Origin: an uncultured Candidatus Saccharibacteria bacterium | Lineage (GTDB): Bacteria > Patescibacteriota > Saccharimonadia > Saccharimonadales > Saccharimonadaceae | Assembly: GCA_947305705.1 (NCBI GenBank) | Contig: CAMZEB010000003.1 | Coordinates: 2,599-66,598 of the forward strand | Length of the DNA stretch: 64,000 nucleotides | Direction of reading: 5' to 3' | Shown here: positions 17,536 through 25,747 of the stretch, piece by piece | How positions within the stretch are numbered: position 1 is the first letter of the stretch | Layout of the letters: each line of letters opens with the position of its first letter | Notes under the pieces: model-generated | What the model saw: only the letters and a program-made list of their open reading frames with translations | What the model was told of the DNA's origin: nothing | Databases searched by the model: none | Translations under genes and position numbers: made by a program

Positions 17536-17745
17536 ATGAAGGAAAAAATTATTTGGTTTATTATTGGGCTACTTTGCGGAGCGATTATTTCGACGGGTTC
17601 GATTTTCTTTTATACTTTGGCGGCAAACTCTAATACTAATAACAGCCAGCAAAATATGCAGCAGGGGCCTGGCGGCAATCAGCCTGGTAATATGAACGGC
17701 GGAACGCCTCCAGAAATGCCATCAAATAATGCGCAACAGAATTAG
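17536..17745 (+). CDS. small membrane protein with Q/N/G/P-rich tail
   Basis: SD AAGGGG, one TM helix, low-complexity C-terminus. Sits 9 nt upstream of the next gene. Confidence 0.5.
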   Translation: MKEKIIWFIIGLLCGAIISTGSIFFYTLAANSNTNNSQQNMQQGPGGNQPGNMNGGTPPEMPSNNAQQN

Positions 17746-17754
17746 TGGGGTTTT

Positions 17755-19260
17755 ATGAAAACAAAGTTAATAATAATGTGTGCGGCCCTGATTAGTTTGC
17801 TAGGCTTTGGTTTGAGAGCGAATGCGGCCGATACTACCTCAGTGAATTTGAGCAATTTGAGCCTAAAGGAATACAGTAGTTTAGACACTTTTCTTTCGGA
17901 TTACCAAGCTGGGAATTTGCCAGATATTTATACGACAAATTTCTTGTTTGATGGTGTGTCCGCAGTAAAAACGCCTGATTTGGATGATTTTGTTGAGGCA
18001 GGTTCGAATGACGCGAGTGTTAAGACGCTTTCGATAAAAGTCATTAACATCAAAGCAGCTGGAAACTATGAATTTACGGGCGAGATTTCTGGCGCGATGA
18101 TTGCGGTCAATACAAATAATGTTAGTGGCGACATTAATCTAATTTTGAAAAATGCAAAGATTGATACCGATTCGAAGAAGGCGCCTGCGATATTCGTATA
18201 TAACAAAGATAAGAACTATACCGACTGCAAGGTTACGATTAAAACCGTTGCGGGTACGAAGAATTATCTTGAGGGCGGAAAGTTGAAGAAAGTGAGCCTT
18301 CTTGGTTCGGACGAGCTATCGAAATATAGTAGCTATTATTCTGGCGATGCTTTGACAAATTATAACAGCTACTCAAACTATTACGGTATCTATACTAGTG
18401 CGCAGATTAAAAACATCCTGTTTGCCAGCGTGAAGGCTGATAGTGAAGATTTGCAAGATGGCGATCCTTACTATTTCTATAAAGCAAGTGGCGCAGTGAG
18501 TTCGGATATCGATTTATACTTCAATGGCGAAGGTTTTTTGAGCATTACGAGCAAAAATAAAGAAGGTGTCGAGACGAAAGGTAATTTGACCTTTGATGGC
18601 GGCACTGGCGACTATGAGATTTACGCGCAAGATGACTGTCTAAATACAACTACAGCTAGTGTGAGCGGCTCGACTGTAAGGAATGATCTGACGATTAATG
18701 TCGCTTCCCTACTCGCGAAAGTATCTGAAGACGGAGATGAGGGTGATGCGATTGATTCTAATGGTAAGCTTACAATTAATGGCGGCAAGATTATTGCGAT
18801 TGCGCACCCGACTTCGCCTGATGCTGGGCTCGATTCTGGCGACGGCACTTACATTAATGGTGGAACGGTTTTTGCGACCGGTAATATGACCGACGAAATA
18901 TCCAACGATTCGAAGCAGACGTTTCTATATGCTAGTTTGAATAGCCAAATTTCGGCTGATGCGACGATTGTGATAAAGGATGAATCTGGCAATAGTGTCT
19001 ACGAATATAAGACGGACCGCGCAGTAAAAAATATACTTTATAGTAGCGCAAATATGAGTGGTTCATACAAGATTTACGCCGATGGGACAGAGGTGTCTTA
19101 TTCTGCGGTCTCTGGCGGGATGATGGGCGCTGCGGGCGAAAAAGCTAATATTAGCACAGTGCTATTTATTGCTTGGATGTCTGAGATTGCGGCTCTAGTA
19201 CTGTTTGTCGGTGCAGTATTAACTGTAAAACATTTCAAAAATAGCAAAGCGCCGCACTAG
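17755..19260 (+). CDS. secreted beta-helix, carbohydrate-binding-domain-like protein (Cthe_2159-like) with C-terminal TM anchor
   Basis: Signal peptide, DDCLNTT and DAIDSNGKLTINGGKI rungs, and a C-terminal hydrophobic helix plus KHFKNSK. Confidence 0.45.
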   Translation: MKTKLIIMCAALISLLGFGLRANAADTTSVNLSNLSLKEYSSLDTFLSDYQAGNLPDIYTTNFLFDGVSAVKTPDLDDFVEAGSNDASVKTLSIKVINIKAAGNYEFTGEISGAMIAVNTNNVSGDINLILKNAKIDTDSKKAPAIFVYNKDKNYTDCKVTIKTVAGTKNYLEGGKLKKVSLLGSDELSKYSSYYSGDALTNYNSYSNYYGIYTSAQIKNILFASVKADSEDLQDGDPYYFYKASGAVSSDIDLYFNGEGFLSITSKNKEGVETKGNLTFDGGTGDYEIYAQDDCLNTTTASVSGSTVRNDLTINVASLLAKVSEDGDEGDAIDSNGKLTINGGKIIAIAHPTSPDAGLDSGDGTYINGGTVFATGNMTDEISNDSKQTFLYASLNSQISADATIVIKDESGNSVYEYKTDRAVKNILYSSANMSGSYKIYADGTEVSYSAVSGGMMGAAGEKANISTVLFIAWMSEIAALVLFVGAVLTVKHFKNSKAPH

Positions 19261-19964
19261 GGCGACGCTTGTGTAGATAGCAGCAGCCAGACGAATACGA
19301 GTTGCACAGTGAAAGAATCTGCGCGATCGTAATATCCGCCGTGGCCACCGACGAGGGGCATTTCTATGATGCCTAAATGTGGAATTTTTGCGAAATCTTC
19401 TCCCGAATCTTTGATGCCGAGGAAACGCTTTGTGGCGGAGCCGATAAGGTCACCGCTAGCGGCTAAAAATCCTGAGAGGATGGCAAAAGTGATTAGTCTA
19501 GCATCGGATATTTCGGTAATTTTTAGTATCTTTGCGCTCAAATATACCAGCGGTATTGCGAGTATAACCGCACCAATAAAGCCAGCGTAGCTTTTATTGG
19601 GCGACACGTTGCGCAGGAACGATACTTTGTTGTTTTTGCCGAAGATTTTGCCGACTATATATCCACACGTATCCGAGATAAAACACGCTATTATTCCTAG
19701 GGCGATCAGCTTCTTGTTGTCTATAAAGAAACAGGCAAACATCGCAGCGATGCAAAAGAAGCAGGAAAATGCGTAGCAAGGCGCTAAGGTGTAATTTCCC
19801 TTTCTGAAGCCGATCCTTGAGTAGTTGCAACTAAGGTTGAGTTCGGAGTAGGCTACGCCTATCCATAAGAACAAGACAACTGGAAAGAGATCGCCGTTTA
19901 GTAGGAAATAGCTCGGAATAAACAGTAATGCCACATAAAGAACTCCAATTATTCTCTGCCTCAT
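19257..19964 (-). CDS. cdsA: phosphatidate cytidylyltransferase (CdsA family)
   Basis: SDTCGYIVGKIFG, SPNKSYAGFIG and GHGGYYDRADS motifs. SD AAGGAGGTG. Confidence 0.8.
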   Translation of the reverse strand: MRQRIIGVLYVALLFIPSYFLLNGDLFPVVLFLWIGVAYSELNLSCNYSRIGFRKGNYTLAPCYAFSCFFCIAAMFACFFIDNKKLIALGIIACFISDTCGYIVGKIFGKNNKVSFLRNVSPNKSYAGFIGAVILAIPLVYLSAKILKITEISDARLITFAILSGFLAASGDLIGSATKRFLGIKDSGEDFAKIPHLGIIEMPLVGGHGGYYDRADSFTVQLVFVWLLLSTQASP

Positions 19965-20033
19965 ATAATCACCTCCTTTATAGATTGGGGCAAGAACTCG
20001 GATGCTTGAATTATAACACGTTTGTAACAGATA

Positions 20034-20063
20034 TAAGAAAAGCGCACTCGAATTGAGTGCGCT
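20034..20063 (-). terminator. rho-independent terminator
   Basis: agcgcactc/gagtgcgct stem with a T-run on the minus strand. Confidence 0.6.
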
Positions 20064-20466
20064 AAGTGGTTTTGTGTCTCTTCAGGCGATTTTTGATTTT
20101 TGCTAGTGTTCGCCAGAAGAAGTTGCGGCGTTCTGGTTCGTAATACTCGATTATCGGGACGACTTTGCCGTCTATTTTTTTGTAGACGATGTAGCTGTTG
20201 TTATTGCCCGTAGTAGTATATCCAGAGCCGTTTGGCCCATATGTAGGCATATGGTTATATACGGGATAATGACCGTGCATGCCATAGTGGCCATACATTG
20301 GCCCATACATAGGGCCTGGGCCGAATCCGTACATTCCCATACGTCCTGGGCCGAAGCCTCCGTGCGGTCCCATTGGCCCGCCCATCGGGCCACCCATTGG
20401 GCCAGGGCCGCCGAAGCCGCCTCCAAAACCTGGACCTCCCGGTCCCATAGGTCCCATTCCTGGCAT
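20062..20466 (-). CDS. Gly/Pro/Met-rich low-complexity protein with small folded basic C-terminus
   Basis: Start set at MPGMGP (SD AAGGGGG). The first 80 aa or so are almost only G, P, M, F, Y and H. Confidence 0.55.
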   Translation of the reverse strand: MPGMGPMGPGGPGFGGGFGGPGPMGGPMGGPMGPHGGFGPGRMGMYGFGPGPMYGPMYGHYGMHGHYPVYNHMPTYGPNGSGYTTTGNNNSYIVYKKIDGKVVPIIEYYEPERRNFFWRTLAKIKNRLKRHKTT

Positions 20467-20600
20467 AATTTCACCCCCTTTTCGCTGAAATTCAGGAATC
20501 ATTATTATTATATCACACTTTGCCGAAATAGTCAATGAACGCTTATGCTATTCATCTTATGAAGACGTGATAAAATAGAACAAAGGGAGTATTAGCGTTT

Positions 20601-21974
20601 ATGATGGATGACAAGATTTTTGAAATTATTGCCGATGAAGAACGTCGCCAGGCTGAAGGCCTAGAACTTATTCCGAGCGAGAACTATGTTTCTCCTCAAG
20701 TTCTCCGTGCGATGGGCTCGATTTTGACGAACAAATACTCTGAAGGCTATCCGAATTTTGATGGGCTTGATGGAAATGATACTAAAGCGCTAAAAGAGAC
20801 GACGAATGACGATTTCCGCTATTATGGCGGGCAGGAGAATATTGATAAGATTGAGCGTCTCGCGATTTCGCGCGCGCGCAGGCTGTTCCACGCTGATCAC
20901 GCGAACGTCCAGCCGCATTCTGGCGCGCAGGCGAACAATGCCGTTTATAATGCTTGGCTCAAGCCTGGCGACACAGTGCTTGGTATGGACCTTGCTCACG
21001 GCGGGCATTTGACGCACGGTGCGCCGGTTACGCAGAGTGCAAAGATTTATAATTTTATCGGTTATGGCACGAACCCAGAGACTGGCGATTTGGATTATGA
21101 CGAGATTGAACGACTCGCAAAAGAACATAAGCCGAAGATTTTACTAGTTGGTTATTCTGCGTTTATGAAGATTCCTGATTTTGACCGAATTGCGGCAATT
21201 GGCGCGCAGATTCCTGGATGTTTGTTGATGGCAGATATGGCGCACGTAGCGGGGTTGATAGCTGGTGGTGTGCATCCGAACCCGCTCGATCACGGCTTCC
21301 ACGTAATGACTACGACTACGCACAAGACTTTGCGTGGGCCACGTGGTGGTTTGATTCTAAGTAAAGGTATTGTCAGTAATCCGCTAAAAAAGGTTGGCCA
21401 TTCGCTCGAGAATATCCCGACGCTGATTGACCGTTCCGTCTTCCCTGGTACGCAAGGTGGGCCGCTGATGCACGTTATTGCAGCGAAAGCGGTATGTTTC
21501 CATGAGGCTTTGCAGCCAGAATTCAAACGCTATGCGAAGCAGGTCGTAAAGAATGCTCAGACGCTCGCAGATGAGCTAAAGGAATGCGGTTTTAAACTGA
21601 TTGGCGACGGCACGGACAACCATTTGATTCTTATTAATACGGTTGAGACTTGTGGTGTTGATGGCAAGACTTTTGAAAAACTATGTGATCGTTGTGGTTT
21701 GACGCTAAATGCTAATGCGATCCCGAACGATACGCGTAAACGTTTCTCGCCTTCCGGTGTGCGTCTCGGTACGCCAGCGGTAACAACGCGCGGTATGGGC
21801 GAGAATGAAATGAAGATGATTGCAACCTGTTTAAACGCGATTGCGGATTTTTGTCCTGCCCGTAACAATGGCAAGTGGCAAGATATGGAGATTATGGGTA
21901 AAGTGATTGTTGAGCTTCGCGAGGCGGTGCGCTATCTTGGTCGCAAGTTCCCTACTCCGACTGGAAAGAAATAA
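20601..21974 (+). CDS. glyA: serine hydroxymethyltransferase
   Basis: SHMT motifs (LIPSENY, TTTTHKTLRGPRGG) with an insertion of about 20 aa in the EGYPG.RYYGG motif. Confidence 0.9.
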   Translation: MMDDKIFEIIADEERRQAEGLELIPSENYVSPQVLRAMGSILTNKYSEGYPNFDGLDGNDTKALKETTNDDFRYYGGQENIDKIERLAISRARRLFHADHANVQPHSGAQANNAVYNAWLKPGDTVLGMDLAHGGHLTHGAPVTQSAKIYNFIGYGTNPETGDLDYDEIERLAKEHKPKILLVGYSAFMKIPDFDRIAAIGAQIPGCLLMADMAHVAGLIAGGVHPNPLDHGFHVMTTTTHKTLRGPRGGLILSKGIVSNPLKKVGHSLENIPTLIDRSVFPGTQGGPLMHVIAAKAVCFHEALQPEFKRYAKQVVKNAQTLADELKECGFKLIGDGTDNHLILINTVETCGVDGKTFEKLCDRCGLTLNANAIPNDTRKRFSPSGVRLGTPAVTTRGMGENEMKMIATCLNAIADFCPARNNGKWQDMEIMGKVIVELREAVRYLGRKFPTPTGKK

Positions 21975-22010
21975 AAAATAGCCCCGGTTTTGTTCTGGGG
22001 CTATTTTTTA
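21973..22010. terminator. bidirectional terminator shared by glyA and recR
   Basis: A-run, tagcccc/ggggcta stem, then T-run. Confidence 0.7.
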
Positions 22011-22613
22011 TAGTTTTGTGCGGTTATTCAGTGCTGAGGTGAGGGTGATTTGGTCGGCGTATTCTAGCGACACCCCGAGTGGGAGGCCACGCGCGAGGCG
22101 TGTTATCTGTAATTCTGGGTATTTTTCGTGTAGGAGTTTTTCTAGTAACACTGCCGTCGACTCACCTTCGACGGATGGGTTGGTCGCGATTATGATTTCT
22201 TTGGCATCGTCTTTTGCGATGCGCTCAATTAGCTCTTTGATATGAAGTTGCTCTGCGGTAATGCCGTCCATTGGCGAAATTGCGCCGCCTAGTACGTGGT
22301 AAGTGCCAGTGTAGGCCTTGGTGTGCTCGATGGCATAGATATCTAGAGGCTCTTCGACGACTAGGATGACGGATTTGTCGCGGGTTGGATCGCTATAAAG
22401 TGGCGAGACTTCCTCGCTTGCGTCCATAATAGCGAAAGTAATTGGGCAGTTTTTGACGTTGTTGTGGAGATTCAGAAGGGATTCTGCGATGTTCTTTGAG
22501 ATATTAGAATCATTTTTGAGCAAAAAGTAGGCGTAGCGTTCTGCGGTTCGCGAACCTACGCCTGGCAAGCGTCCGAGCGCATCAATTACGTCATTAAGGG
22601 CGCTAGGAAGCAT
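22008..22613 (-). CDS. recR: recombination protein RecR (zinc-finger cysteines absent)
   Basis: HhH LPGVGSRTAER and Toprim/Walker-B-like VVEEPLDIYAIE, YHVLGGAISP, ATNPSVEGE. Confidence 0.85.
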   Translation of the reverse strand: MLPSALNDVIDALGRLPGVGSRTAERYAYFLLKNDSNISKNIAESLLNLHNNVKNCPITFAIMDASEEVSPLYSDPTRDKSVILVVEEPLDIYAIEHTKAYTGTYHVLGGAISPMDGITAEQLHIKELIERIAKDDAKEIIIATNPSVEGESTAVLLEKLLHEKYPELQITRLARGLPLGVSLEYADQITLTSALNNRTKL

Positions 22614-22614
22614 A

Positions 22615-22911
22615 TTACATTCCGAGGCTGCCGAGTGAGCCCATAAGTGGCTTCATCTTGTCGGTAGCAATTTCTTGTGCTTTGGCAAAGCCGTCGCGCA
22701 TACAGTTTTCAATCCAGCGCTCTAGCTCGTGGATGTCGTCTAGGTCGATTTTTTCTGGGTCGATTGAGACTTTTTTGACTTTTAGCTCGCCGGTAATCTG
22801 AATAACGACTGCACCGTCACCAGCTTCAACTTCTACGATTTCATTCTTGAGTTCTTTTTGTGCTTTGCGAAGTTCGTTAAGCATCTTCATTTGGTCCATA
22901 GTGGCACCCAT
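22615..22911 (-). CDS. ybaB: YbaB/EbfC nucleoid-associated protein
   Basis: Size and sequence pattern (MLNELRKAQKEL...GDGAVVIQITGELKV), and conserved position upstream of recR. Confidence 0.8.
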   Translation of the reverse strand: MGATMDQMKMLNELRKAQKELKNEIVEVEAGDGAVVIQITGELKVKKVSIDPEKIDLDDIHELERWIENCMRDGFAKAQEIATDKMKPLMGSLGSLGM

Positions 22912-22912
22912 A

Positions 22913-24364
22913 TTATTCTCCCTTTTCTTCTTTTTCGGTAATAGAGTATATATATAGTCTATCAGAATTTCTACTCTTTGGCGAAGTAATTATCTGTTTG
23001 AGGCTGTAATTCTCGTTATTTTGCGGCGTGAAGGTTGCGTATGTCGCTGTTCCTTCGGTACTGTCGATAATCTGGTAGTTTTCATATTTTGCTAATAGGC
23101 GGTAGAAGTCGTAATTTTTTGTGTCTTCGGTTACGAGGATCGGGGTTTCCTTTTTGACATATTTTTGGATTGTCATTAGATCGTCGCTGAAGTTTTCTGC
23201 GACGCGTGGAGCGTAGTGATAGCCGTTAACAAAGTGTGCAAGTCCAGAGCCGATTATCGTGAGGATAACGGCGACAATTGGCACAATGCTAAAGAGGTGG
23301 GCGTATGGGTTTTCTGGGAAGAGTGAGTACCATTTTTCAATGATAGATTCGAGGCCGGCTGCACTGAGTACGGCTATTGGGATGATGATCGAGATTGCGA
23401 CATCTCCGTTTAGACCAGAGATGATAATTGCATAGATTATTAAGAGGCTAACGACAGTGTTGCGCGATGTAAACATTTTGCCGATTGACGCGAGTGCGCC
23501 AATGACGATGAGGGCGACGGTGGCTAAGCCGAAGAGTGGTGCAAGGAAAATGCTGTCATAGACGAGGCTGAAACTAAAGAACGGCGCGAATGCGGTTGAG
23601 ATATTTGTCACAAAGTTTGCGATGCTGAACTTCGGCATAAAGAGAAGGTTTTGGATGTTATTTGGATTCGAAATGCAGCCTATTACGAGCGGAGTAATTG
23701 TGAGTGCTGATACGCAAAAACAGAGTGCAAGCTGCCAAAAACTGAGCTGCTTAAGTCCGAAGCGCAGATGTGGATGTATAAGGCCTGCAACCGCAATTGC
23801 GAAGGCGACGTATAGCAAATGCGGTGTATATGCGGACAAGGCAATGCTGAGGAAGAAGGCGATGACGAGGATTGGGCTGACGTGGTCGTTGCCGACAATT
23901 TTTGAGCCGAGCCATAGGATTAGCGCGAGCCAAAAGACGTACATAATGAGTGGCGTCCCGTTCCCTGCTAAGAATAGAAAGGCGGTTGATAAAGTTGTGA
24001 GAATTGAAGAAGTGACGGCGACGTCGTTTTTGAACCAACGGTTGAGTAGGAGAATGATGAAGAGGCCAGCAAATACGGCGATAATAATCGATGGGAGTTT
24101 GATTGAGATGAGGTTGAGCCCAAAGATATGTAGGCTGATTTTTTGTAAAGCGTAGTATGGGAGATTGATGATGTCGCCCTCTTGCATAAAGCTGCGGTTT
24201 AGTTCGCTAGAGGTGACTGCAGAATCCATCTCGCCTTGGGTGAGGCCGCCTGGTGCGATATGCGGCAGAAAAGTTAGTAATGCAAAAAATGCAAATGCTA
24301 ATAAAATATAGCCGATAATGAAGCGGTATTGGTACAAAAAGAATTGTGTAGTGCGTTTTTTCAC
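22913..24364 (-). CDS. polytopic membrane protein, GT-C/ArnT-PMT-like glycosyltransferase candidate
   Basis: About 12 predicted TM helices and a soluble C-terminal domain. GTG start. Family call is weak. Confidence 0.35.
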   Translation of the reverse strand: MKKRTTQFFLYQYRFIIGYILLAFAFFALLTFLPHIAPGGLTQGEMDSAVTSSELNRSFMQEGDIINLPYYALQKISLHIFGLNLISIKLPSIIIAVFAGLFIILLLNRWFKNDVAVTSSILTTLSTAFLFLAGNGTPLIMYVFWLALILWLGSKIVGNDHVSPILVIAFFLSIALSAYTPHLLYVAFAIAVAGLIHPHLRFGLKQLSFWQLALCFCVSALTITPLVIGCISNPNNIQNLLFMPKFSIANFVTNISTAFAPFFSFSLVYDSIFLAPLFGLATVALIVIGALASIGKMFTSRNTVVSLLIIYAIIISGLNGDVAISIIIPIAVLSAAGLESIIEKWYSLFPENPYAHLFSIVPIVAVILTIIGSGLAHFVNGYHYAPRVAENFSDDLMTIQKYVKKETPILVTEDTKNYDFYRLLAKYENYQIIDSTEGTATYATFTPQNNENYSLKQIITSPKSRNSDRLYIYSITEKEEKGE

Positions 24365-24397
24365 TACTATTAGTATATCATAGCTTGGCTATGTAAA

Positions 24398-25747
24398 CTA
24401 CTCATGCTTATTGTCGAGTGACATAAAGCGGACACGTTCTTTATCGAAGTAAAGCTCAATGCTGCCGGTTGCGCCTCGACGGTGCTTGGCGAGGATGAGG
24501 TCGGTAATGTTCTGACGCTCGGTTTCTGGATTATAGTAATCTTCGCGGTAAATAAACATAACGATATCTGCGTCCTGCTCGATAGAGCCTGATTCGCGGA
24601 GGTCAGATAGCATCGGGATGTTTGAACCTTGTCGTGTTTCGACACTACGGCTGAGCTGTGAGAGTGCGATAACTGGGACGTTAAGTTCGCGGGCGATCAT
24701 CTTAAGGCCGCGGGAGATTTCGGAAACTTCTTGGACGCGGTTATCGCTCGCTCGTTTGCCAGAGCCAGACATAAGCTGGAGGTAATCGACGATTATCATA
24801 CCGAGGTCTTCGTCGTGGGCGACACGGCGGGCTTTTGTACGCATTTCCATAATAGAGAGGCCTGGTTTGTCGTCGATGTAGATTTTTTCTTCGGCAAGTT
24901 CGGCCATCGCCTCGGAGATTTTATTAAAATCTTCGGAATCGAATCCGCCTGTCTCTAGCTTGAACGAGCTCACTCCTGAAGCGTCGGCGAGCATACGGTT
25001 GATTAGCTGCTCTTTGCCCATCTCTAGAGAGAAGATTAGGACGGCTTTTTTGTTGATGGCGGCGACATTACGGGCAAAATTTAATGCAAGAGCGGTTTTG
25101 CCCATTGCAGGACGGGCGGCAAGGATAATCAAGTCAGATTTATGGAAGCCAGCGGTCTTTTTATCTAGGTCTGGGAAGCCGGTTTTGTAGCCTGCGATTG
25201 AACCTTTGTTTTCGTATAGCTGCTCTAGGCGGTCAAATGTGTCGGTCAGTAAGTCGCCAATAAATAGTGCGTCCGATTTGACGTTTTGGTCGGTGACGTT
25301 GAAGAGGTATTTTTCGGATTCGCTTAGGACTTCGTTTGTTTCGGCATCTTCTTTGTAGGCCTCTTCGTTGATTTTGGCGGCGGCATCAATGAGACGACGG
25401 CGAACAGCGGCGTCTTTTACTAGTTCTGCATATGCGGTCGCGTGGGCGGCGGTTGGAACGTAGCCGGAAAGCTCAGAGAGGTAGGCGGAGCCGCCTGCTT
25501 TTTGGGTGAGATTTTTAGACTTAAGCTCAGATTTGACCGTTAAGAGATCAACTGGGCGATGATGTTCGTAGAGTCGCCACATCGCGCCATAGATATGCTG
25601 GTTGCGCTCGTCATAGAAATCTTGAGGAGTTACGATTTCAGTCACATCTGGGAGTGATTCTTCGGAAATCAAAATTGCGCCTAGCAGGGATTTTTCGGCG
25701 TCTAGGTTTTGCGGGGTTATGCGTTCGGCTGTTTTTTCGTTACTCAT
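24398..25747 (-). CDS. dnaB: replicative DNA helicase DnaB
   Basis: N-terminal DnaB domain (PQNLDAEKSLLGAIL), Walker A ARPAMGKT, and IIVDYLQLM. Confidence 0.9.
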   Translation of the reverse strand: MSNEKTAERITPQNLDAEKSLLGAILISEESLPDVTEIVTPQDFYDERNQHIYGAMWRLYEHHRPVDLLTVKSELKSKNLTQKAGGSAYLSELSGYVPTAAHATAYAELVKDAAVRRRLIDAAAKINEEAYKEDAETNEVLSESEKYLFNVTDQNVKSDALFIGDLLTDTFDRLEQLYENKGSIAGYKTGFPDLDKKTAGFHKSDLIILAARPAMGKTALALNFARNVAAINKKAVLIFSLEMGKEQLINRMLADASGVSSFKLETGGFDSEDFNKISEAMAELAEEKIYIDDKPGLSIMEMRTKARRVAHDEDLGMIIVDYLQLMSGSGKRASDNRVQEVSEISRGLKMIARELNVPVIALSQLSRSVETRQGSNIPMLSDLRESGSIEQDADIVMFIYREDYYNPETERQNITDLILAKHRRGATGSIELYFDKERVRFMSLDNKHE

